From: Monosiga brevicollis MX1
Lineage: Eukaryota
DNA length: 37,069 nt
NCBI RefSeq assembly: GCF_000002865.3
Contig: NW_001865083.1
Coordinates: 1 to 37,069 of the forward strand
Direction: 5' to 3'
In this document: positions 1-9,025 of the stretch, piece by piece
Layout of the letters: each line of letters begins with the position of its first letter
How positions within the stretch are numbered: position 1 is the first letter of the stretch
The notes under the pieces: generated by a model
The model's input: the letters and a program-made list of their open reading frames with translations, nothing else
The model's database searches: none
Told to the model about the DNA's origin: nothing
Program-made: the position numbers and the translations under genes

Positions 1-1516
1 TGCGATAAAAGTTGGGTGGTTTCCGTGAAGCACACGCAGCTGCAGATCGCGACGCATCGTCTCCAAACGGTACACCTTGCCCCCCACTTGCTGCCCCAGC
101 TTTCGAAACAGATGCTCCTGGTCCCCGATGCAAAGTGTGCCCGTCAACGCCACGCGTTTGATGTTGGCCCATCCGCCAGAACCCACACTGGCTGCGACTT
201 CGTCCATCACATCTCGGTAGCTGGCATCCGAGATGAGTGTGTGCGCCTCGTCCATCACCACGGTGCGGATGCGCTGAAAGCAGACCTTCCCGTGTAGCGA
301 TTCAGATCCCACGCGGACAAACATGTCGGTCGTAACGATGAGCACGTCCAGGCCATCTGCCACCTGTGTAGAGGGACCAAGCCATCGCTGGGCACTGTGA
401 CCTGCGCCTTGAAATCGCCGCAATAAATCGTTGGCCACGGCCACAAACGGCACAATCCACAGCACCGTACCGGCATGCGGGCGACAGCCCAGCTTGGGCA
501 GGGTACAAAATGTTTTACCCATGCCTGTCGGTGCAACAACAATCAGCCATCCATCCTCGGGCCGGTGCTGGTCAATGGCCGCAGCCAGGTCCAACTGTTC
601 TTGGCTGTTGAAACTGTGGCCCCAGGAGATGCTCGCCTGCTTGGCCAGCTGGGTCATGTAGGGTACGTCATGCTCGGCCCTCGTGTTCATGATGATACGC
701 CCGTTTGCTTCGGGCGAGAGGTCAGTCACCGGGTTCCAGCTGATGGGATAGCGAGCTTCCAATGCTTCTTGGTTCGCGGTCAACTCGGCCATGCTGCGCG
801 TGCGATCTAGTCCAAACAAAGCATGCCATTTTTTGCGAGGCCACTTGATGCATCAGTCGCGACGACATTTTGGTTTGCACATGGTCACTGGCTGTGCGCG
901 CATAGGCCCGCTGGGCCGTGTCCCCAGAGTGTTGAGGTTGAGTGTGGATCAGGCTGCCCAGGGCGCCGGTCGTCTCGGCCGACAGTCAGTTGATCACAAA
1001 CGTAGTCATCCAGAAGGTTGCGGCGTGTCGCCACGTGGCCACCCCCAGCTTTGGCCGATGCAGGTACGTGGTCATTTGTCGACGAAATGCCGCATAGATG
1101 GTGGCTGGGCTGACCATCGCCTGCAGGGGCGCAATATTGAAGAGGAGATGGCTGTTGTTGTAGTGGTTTCGAGCGTCCCGAACCTCGCGTCGCAATGTCA
1201 TCGTCTCGTCGTGGCTCATGTGGTCTTCATCCAGCTCGTCGTCGAGGAAATCTTCGTCGTCCTGCTCGGCATTGTGAAAGCCATTCTCGTCGTCGGGGGT
1301 TTTCAGCCCGCCCCGCTTTTGCAGCCAGCTGCTCAGCATGTGCTCCAGAGGCTTGCACAGCAGCAAATACATGAATATCAGCGTGCTGATTTCCTGGTCC
1401 ATGTATCGAAAGGTGTGCTGTTTGTTCAGAAGCAGCAGTTTTGGGTTTGCGAGGAAGCGGGTTGTGTCGAGAAGGCATTTTGAAAGAGGTTTGAGAGATA
1501 TGGTGGTGTCTCGAGG
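1..1516 (-). pseudogene. Telomere-linked RecQ-type (SF2 DEAH) helicase with upstream TLH-type domain; disrupted and running off the window edge
   Basis: Manual minus-strand translation of 828->1 (absent from the ORF track because it has no stop) gives Walker A VVAPTGMGKT (511-540), motif Ia LWIVPFVAVAND, motif II VVMDEAH (DEAH at 241-252), motif III ALTGT and ETMRRDLQLRV. The upstream frame (1516->829) reads RYMDQEISTLIFMYLLLCKP...LGVATWRHAATFW...QPQHSGDTAQRAYAR...VASQK/WHALFGL, resembling fungal TLH N-terminal regions as I recall them. There is an in-frame TGA at 986-988 and a 1-nt frameshift in the T6 run at 829-834. Confidence 0.85.
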
Positions 1517-1903
1517 TCAATTGAGCTAGCTGCGGTCGGCAAGCATTCACAGTGACCAGGCCAGATGCACTATTGGAAAGGCTCTACAGACGCACAGGGA
1601 AAGTGCAACCCGTGCCAGCCAGAGGTGTCACAACAAACAAACAAACAACAACGAAAAACCGTATACAAGCTTATCACACAAGGCTGTCTGCCAAGACATT
1701 GCAAAGTACACGAAGCACACGGGTCGACGCATGTGCCCCCTAGAGGGAAGGCACGCCTCAGTACGTCTAGGTGTGTATGTTAGTCAGGGGATGAAGTCAT
1801 GTCAGCTTCATAGGGGTTCCTGTGGTAAGACCCCTCGTCAATAACGCTGACCGTGTGCAAAAGCATCTGAACAAAGGATTTGCTGCTCACAACCAACTAG
1901 CAC

Positions 1904-4900
1904 CTAGTCCAGCACATCCTCATTGGCCGTGTAGTATACAACCAGCTCGGGATAAATTTGGGCATTGTCAAACACAATCACCTCATGGAATTCCCCAGAG
2001 GGTGTCGCGACGACCGAGTCATACCTGAAGAGAATTCAATGGCAAACGCAACAGTCGGATCAGAAGGTGGGCAAAGGCAACATGCAACAGATGGTCGATT
2101 TTGCCCAACGCACCGCTCGTTGTTGAGCGCATCGGGCAGGATCGGCGGGGCCAGGGCCCCCCTTCGTGGCGGCTCGTTCACAGAGGCCAGGCCAAGCAAA
2201 GCTCGCGTGATAATCAACATGCGCACCCCGTTGGATCCAGCTGTAGCGTACTGGTGACTCTAAAATCATGTGGCCGGCACAGTGTCAATACACTAGCGTT
2301 CAGAAGCTGAATTGACACAAAAACTCCACGTTACCACACCTTGCGGGGATCGTCGGCTAAATATACACCTCGGCCATACTTGTGGCCAGCATTGCTACCA
2401 GTAAAGCGAATATCTAGGCCCAGGCGCACGATCTTGTCGCGCAACCCTGGGAAGGGGCCGATGCCGTGGAGCAACAAACGCTCTTGACAGGATGTATTGC
2501 GAAGCAAAGCTGGAGAGCCCGAGAGCGCATCCCAGGCAGCCGTTTGGAGTTGATCATAGTGCTCCTGTCTTTTGATACGATGCAACATCTCGCGTCGCTT
2601 GGCACTGTAGCGCTCCCACAGCACGGGGTTTTGCACGCGCTCTACCCGTTGTACTGCGATATTGGCTGACCCCCACTCGTCAGTGCCCAGCTGCCTCAAA
2701 AGGTTAGCCACCTAGTCACACAATAAACGTATATTAGCAGGCTGTTGCAAAAGCGGTGCTTCATCGCCAACCAACGTACTTCTGGAATAAGCTCGGGCGC
2801 ATCACGCAAAACGTCAATGGCTGGCCCGACATGGGTGTCGACAAGTCGCTGAGCGTTTTGCACAATGCTGAGTAGGTGTGGACGTTGTTTTGGATCCGTT
2901 GCAAGCAAGGCGCGCGTTTCCTTGTACAATTTGCTCGTCGAATCGCACATCTGCAATGGAAAAAGGTACATGAGCTTAGAATGTGCTGGCCTTGCCTGAT
3001 CCAGCCGCACTGACCTCAGCAGCCAGATGCGGAAAGTTGCAGACAACATTTCCCGCTGGTAAAATCCAACTGCATTGATCCACAACCTCATCATCCCGTG
3101 GGTGAGCAGGTGGCACCGTTTGTGGGTACATGTAGGTGTTGTAGACAACACAGCCGAAGGAATAGGCATCTTGTGCTGGACGCGCCCCCACTCGGCCCCG
3201 GCCAAAAAGTACTTCGGGTGCCACATAGCCTGCCGTGCCCGACGATGCAGTGGCCGTGCATGGCAGCATGGTGGCTTCAGCAGCGGCTTTGGCAATGTCA
3301 AAGTCACCCAACCGCACGACGGGTTGATCCTCTGCGCCGTCCAGCATGACGTTGCTCAGCTTGACATCCCGATGCACCAGGCCCTTGCTATGCATAAACG
3401 CCAGGGCCGTGCGCAGCTGATTCATCATTTCCGAAATCACAGTTGAGGTGGCCATCTGGCGCGCCTTATCGAGCCACTGTCGCAGGTCTCCTTGCGAACA
3501 CCACGGCTGCACCAAATAGGCGCTGGGGTGGCCTTCCTTCATGTCCACAAGCGCGCCAAGGACCGGAACGATGTATGGGTGCTCAAGCTGGCGCATGGCG
3601 CGGAGCTCACGCAGAAATGTTCGGCACTGGTCCTGCTTATGTTGCCGAGCAAAAGCGTACTCCTTGACAGCCAAATCTTGTTCAGGACTCTCTGGAAGCG
3701 CGGCACGGGCCTTGTACACCTTGTGGTTTTGGTTGTCATGAAGGTCAAGCTGGCCCAGGCTGGAGAGCGTCAAACCTTGGTCTACTTCGGTCATGGCCTC
3801 CAAGATAAGGCTGGCTGGAAGGTCGGGACCAAGCACTGTGCGGAGCCGCGCTCCCAGCGTGCTTTGTTCAGGGTGCAGAAAGACCAGCAGGGCTGGGAAG
3901 TGCTGGTGCAACAGCTGGGCGAGCTCTGCGACGTGGTCCACTTGTGGCTGATTTGATACTTGTTGTCGTAAGGTATCCAGCCGTTCCTTCTTTTCTTGCA
4001 GCTTGTGTTCGAGGCTTGGACGCATATCCTCGGGCAAGAGCTGCAGTGCTGCGTTGACACCTTCAATCTCGGTCTGAAGTTTTGTCAGCTCTTCGTGGGC
4101 AGCCACCGATTCATCATCAACGTCTTGAGTCAAGCTGTTCACATGACTCATGCACGAGTCTAACACGGAGAGCGCCGTGGCCTGCCAGTCGATCATGTCT
4201 TGTAACTGCTGCAGCAGAGCTTGCGACTCGTGGTGTACAAACGCCAAGTACCAGTCCTGATGCTCGTAGTTTGGAGGTGGTTGCCACTGAGCAATTTGTT
4301 CGAGACCATTGTGCTCAAGCAGGCTCAGCTTCTCGTGAGCTTGGCACAGCTCCTCCCAGGCCTCGGGCAATGCCTCGGCTGGCGGCGGTGCACTTGCATC
4401 CACACATTGCGCGCATTGGCGAAGCGTCTCTACGCGATGAATTGTGTCGGTGGTTCCCGCTCTTGCCACAGCGCCCAGGGCATCGATCAAGGCCAACGCT
4501 AGGCACTTGAGGTTGCTGTTGGCGCTGGTGAGCAGCTCTTGACGCTTGGTTTCTACGTCGTGTAGCACGGCAATTTTGCCCAGGGCTGCCCCAAGGTTGG
4601 TGGGCGGCGTTTTGGGTGCGTTTGTCAGAGCGGTGGGTGGAGCGGGGCACGCTGCCAGCAGGGTCTGAAGCTCAAGAAGCACCGGCTTCAGCTTAAAACC
4701 AGCAGTGACATTGTGCATCTCTTGCAGCACTGATTTTAGACTGTCAGCGTTTGGGTCCAATTGCTTCAAGCGGCTGCTCAATGCTTCGGGTGCTTCCAGT
4801 GCTTGGTCGAGCGCGTTGAGGGCCTGGGTGGTTGTTGCCTGGAAGGCAACCCAGTCCATAGCAGGAAACTCTGATGGGGCTTCATCGATGGTCTTTTGGA

Positions 4901-7900
4901 TGTTAGCAACCGCCGCTGCAAGATTGGGATTTTCTTTGGCGGCACCGCTGATAAAGGCATCGAGGTGTGGTAGAGTATGGGTGGTGGTGCGCTCCGGCAG
5001 GAGTGGCCTGAGCCAGGTGTCCACCGCCACCACAACAGAGGCTGTGGTCTAAATAAGGATTGCGTGGTGCCATGCGTTGTGATGAGGTGGAATGAGGCTG
5101 TGTGGGTGATGGGGCAGTAAATGCATTTGGAATGCAAGAGGGGCAGGCCTACCTTGAGGGTCGGTGCAGGGCTGGGCAGGGGCGGCAGCCAGAGAAGACC
5201 CTTGTGAGCAGCAAAGACGAGCTTCAGCTTGTCGCCATACCCGTTGGCACATCCCAAATCGAGGGGTGATTCGCTTGCCTGAGAACATGGCCACAATCAA
5301 GCGATTGGAGCGTGTGAGATGGGCAGTGAAACGAGGGTTAAGTTGGGTGATGGGTGTTTGCTTTCTCATGTCAAAGGCAAGGCGACAATGCTTCAGAGTT
5401 CGCTGAAAACGCTAGACGCAAGAGCATTCGACGAACGGCTCAGACAGGTCGCAAGGGTTTGAAAGGAAGCGCGGTTGGAGAAAAAAAGTGGGGGCGCCGA
5501 GTGTGGCGGGGGTTAATTTGAAGAAATGGCCACCAAGAGCCGCTGGAGAGCGAGAGGCAGCGGCGTGGTGACAAGGAATGAAGAGGTACCCAGATTGAAG
5601 TCACAGCATCAGGAAAGGGAAGAGCGAGGCCAGCAGGCGGAAGAGACCAGCAGGGAACTGGGCGGAGTGCAAGGAGCACCGACAAAGCGTGGACGCAAAA
5701 CGGGGGAAGAAAAGGGATAGCGGGAAAGAAGACAAAGAGCCAGAGGTAGAACGGACGCGCACGGTGGGCAGGGTGTAGAGGAGCGAGGGTTTGGGCAAAG
5801 GCGACGAGCAGCGGGAGCAGGAGCAGCAACCAGAGGGGGTACAGGGAAGAGGGAAGTATTGTACTGACGTAGTTCTTGGTTTCAGTATCAACACCGTGCT
5901 CCAACAGCATCTCTACCACCTTGGCATGACCCTCAATGCAGGCCTTGTGCAGTGGTGTACAGCCATCCTGTAGGATGATGCATCAGCATGACGTACAGGT
6001 ACAACATCAACATCATTGTCATCTTCATCATGTGGTACAGGTGCATCAGGGGGAGGGGGAGGGGGAAAGTGGCAGGTACTGTTCTGACGTTGTCTTTGGC
6101 TTTGGCGTCAACACCGTGCTTCAACAGCATCTCCACCACCGTGACATGACCCTCAATGCAGGCCTTGTGCAGTGGTGTATAGCCACCCTGTGGGATGATC
6201 CATCAGCATTAGGTACATACAGGACATCATCATCATCATCATCGTCATCTTCATCATGTGGTACAGGTGCTTCAGGGGGAGGGGCGGTGGAAGTGGCAGG
6301 TACTGTTCTGACGTTGTCTTTGGCTTCGGCGTCAACATCGTGCTTCAACAGCATCTCTACCACCTTGACATGACCCTCAATGCAGGCCTTGTGCAGTGGT
6401 GTGTTGTCACCCTGTGGGATAATCCATCAGCATACAGGTACATCATCATAATCATCATCATCATCATCATTATCATCATGTGGTGCAGGTGTAGGAGGTA
6501 AGGGGGGGAAGAGGGAGGTTCTGTACTGACGTTGTTCTTGACTTTTGCATCAGCACCGTGCTTCAACAGCAGCTCCATCACCTTCACGTGGCCGCTAGCG
6601 AAGGCCGAGTGGAGTGGTGTACTGTCCTCCTGTGGGATAATGCATCAGCATTAGCAACGGCATCATCGTTATGAGGTATAGGTGCACCACCAAGGAGGAG
6701 CGAGGCGAAAAAAATAAGAATGGTCACTGAAAGCTGCTTGAGTGCGCGATGGCACGGGGTGGGGTGGTGCCCGGATTAAGTCACGACATCACCAAAAAAC
6801 AAGACGAGCAAGAAGCACCGACACAAAGTGTAAAAAAAAACAGGGGACGAGAAGGGGAAGTAGGAAAGGAGAAAAGAGCAGAATGCAAAGGCGGGAGGGG
6901 CAGGGCAAAGGCGACGAGCAGCGGGAGCAGGAGCAGCAGCCAAAGGGGGTGCAGGGAAGAGGGAGGTACTGTACGGACCTTGTTCTTGGTTTCAGCATCA
7001 ACACCGTGTTCCAACAGCATCTCCACCACCTCGACATGACCGCTAGCGCAGGCCAAGTGCATTGGTGTATCGCCACGCTGTGGGATGATGCATCAGCATG
7101 ACGTACAGGTACAGCATCATCACCATCATCATCACCATCATCATGGGGTACAGGTGCACCATCATAGGGGGGTAAAGGGAGGGACTGTACTGACGCTGTC
7201 CTTGGCTTCAGCATCAGCGTGCTTTAACAGCATCTCCACCTCCTCGACATGACCGCTAGCGCAGGCCTCCTGCAGTGGTGTACGGCCACCCTGTGGGGAG
7301 CATGCACCAGCATGACGTACAGGTACAACATCATTATCATCATCATCAATCATGTGGTACAGGTGCACCATCATAGGGGGGTAAAGAGGGGGAAAAGGGA
7401 GGTTCTGTACTGACGCTGTCCTTGGCTTCAGCATCAACACCGTGCTTCAACAGCACCTTCACCACCTTGACATGACCTTTTTTGCGGGCATAGTGCAGTG
7501 GTGTCCAGCCAGACTGTGGGATGATGCATCAACATGACGTAAAGGTACAGCATCATCATCAGCAGGTCTACCATCACAGATAGAGGAGGGGTAGTTAAAG
7601 GGGCAGGAGGTAGGTACTGTACTGACGTAGCCCTTAACTTCAGTATCAGCACCGTGCTTCAACAGCATCTCCACCACCTCGTCATGACCGTTAAAGCAGG
7701 CTCTGTGCAGTGGTGTACCGCCATACTGTGGGATGATGCAGACATGCAGTATAAGTCCCATGTTATACCATAACGTCACCCCATCCAGTGACATATTCAA
7801 AGTGTAACCAATATCACACGTCATTACATCAAACAGCATACATACCACATCACCTTTGTATTGGGCAGCATCTCGAATACGTTCATGGTCCCAGCTGGTC

Positions 7901-7971
7901 AACAGCTGCACCGCCAATAGGGGATCAGATGCGTTACACGCTTCGTGCAGCTGCCTTCCATCATCACTCAT
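1904..7971 (-). CDS. Ankyrin-repeat / coiled-coil / Ser-Thr protein kinase / PARP catalytic domain fusion protein (15 exons)
   Basis: Exons with GT-AG and compatible phases: 7846-7971 (alternative ATG at 8001), 7627-7725, 7415-7513, 7195-7290, 6979-7077, 6531-6629, 6313-6411, 6089-6187, 5869-5967, 5153-5278, 3015-5048, 2780-2950, 2340-2711, 2114-2259, 1904-2024. Ankyrin consensus G.TPLH.AC..GH..VVEMLLKHG.D...KD. Kinase motifs AVKE, RELRAMRQLEHPYIV, HRDVKLSNVML, DFD, GTAGYVAPE, DAYSFG, DPKQRP. PARP motifs VQNPVLWERY, LLHG, YGRGVYLADDPRKSHQY, RALLG, YDSV, HEVIVFDNAQIYPELVVYY. Confidence 0.88.
5869..7725 (-). repeat. Tandem array of eight exon+intron units, each exon encoding one 33-aa ankyrin repeat
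   Basis: Seven 99-bp exons and one 96-bp exon, all phase 0. The flanking introns are similar: donor GTCAG/GTCCG, (GAT)n tracts, acceptor CCCACAG/CCTACAG. Period is mostly ~210-225 bp. Confidence 0.93.
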
Positions 7972-8437
7972 GGTAACGGTATAACTCTCTCTATTCACCA
8001 TCCCGCTTGCTTGCTTCTCTATCCACCACCAATTTCATGAGCCCCCTCCAAGTACAACTCTCCGGACTGGGATCCAACAGGCGCGTGCCGTTTCCAAAAG
8101 GGCAGCCTGTCAGCGGGCGCTGCTCTCCTCTGCCTGATGCACCAAACGACCCACCTTGGACCAAATATCTTGTGTGACAGTTGCAAGGACAGGTGTACTT
8201 GGTTTCCAAAGGGCACGTTGTCGACTGCGAGGCGAGATCAGTGGTCTCACATTGATGAAAGCAAAGACAATAACCCTCTCAATCAAACGTTCGGGCGTCG
8301 CCGCAAGGCCCCGACCAGGAAAGTCCCGTACCAAGCACAAACGATCAGTCACCACACACACAAAGCAAGACACCTCAAGCAGCCCGCCGATGCCGATATC
8401 GAGACCGAAACCGCTGCCAAAAAAGGGCGACACGAAC

Positions 8438-8512
8438 AAGAAGAAGAAGAAGAAGAAGAAGAAGGCAAGAAGCCAAAGAGAGAGGGAAGCTTTAGTCAGA
8501 AGAAGAAAATGC

Positions 8513-8552
<40 letters not shown>
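8438..8552. repeat. (GAA)n and (CA)n microsatellites
   Basis: (GAA)n at 8438-8464 and (CA)n at 8514-8552, read directly. Confidence 0.95.
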
Positions 8553-8553
<1 letters not shown>

Positions 8554-9025
8554 GCATGCTTACACCTGCAAACAACAATCATAAAAGCAAATTTTCAAGC
8601 GGCGTCAAGCTTAAACGTTCAACGTATCCTGCCCCTTCCTTTGCCTGCCAATGACAGCTCGACCATTACAAGCAGCTTCCAAAAGCACCACAAGACTGGG
8701 GCGTGTACTGCCTTGTTGCCAGCCATGGCATTACGAGCCCGTTGGCTAACTGCCCCTCCGCATAACGCTCGCAGCCATTCCTGACGGCGAGCGAGCCAGC
8801 TTTAAGCTCTTGACAACAAGCGTCCAAATGGCTCTTTTCGACGCTTCATATGGCCACTGCGGCTAAAAGTCTTTGACCCCTTCTGTGCTGCCAGAAGACC
8901 CGAAGCAATGGGCAGCAACAGCAACCATCAGGCATCAATTAGGGGGTGCAAACAAAAACACAAAACGGGAATGTGCAGCTCTGCTGCCAAGCCGGCAATT
9001 GGGGGGTCATGCATCCACGCGCGGC

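Noticed and set aside
791..1483. 230-aa plus-strand ORF and other plus-strand ORFs in 16-1483
   Set aside because: Antisense shadows of the minus-strand helicase pseudogene, with no motifs of their own.
5869..7725. Regularly spaced repeats resembling a CRISPR array
   Set aside because: The units are 99-bp coding exons with splice sites, the 'spacers' are homologous introns, and there are no cas genes in this eukaryotic context.
8000..8800. ORFs 8137-8784 (+), 8156-8584 (+) and 8110-8553 (-), and a short repeat GTTTCCAAA(A)GGGCA at ~8090 and ~8203
   Set aside because: The ORFs are kept open by GAA/CA microsatellites and have no recognisable domain. The repeat is too short to interpret.
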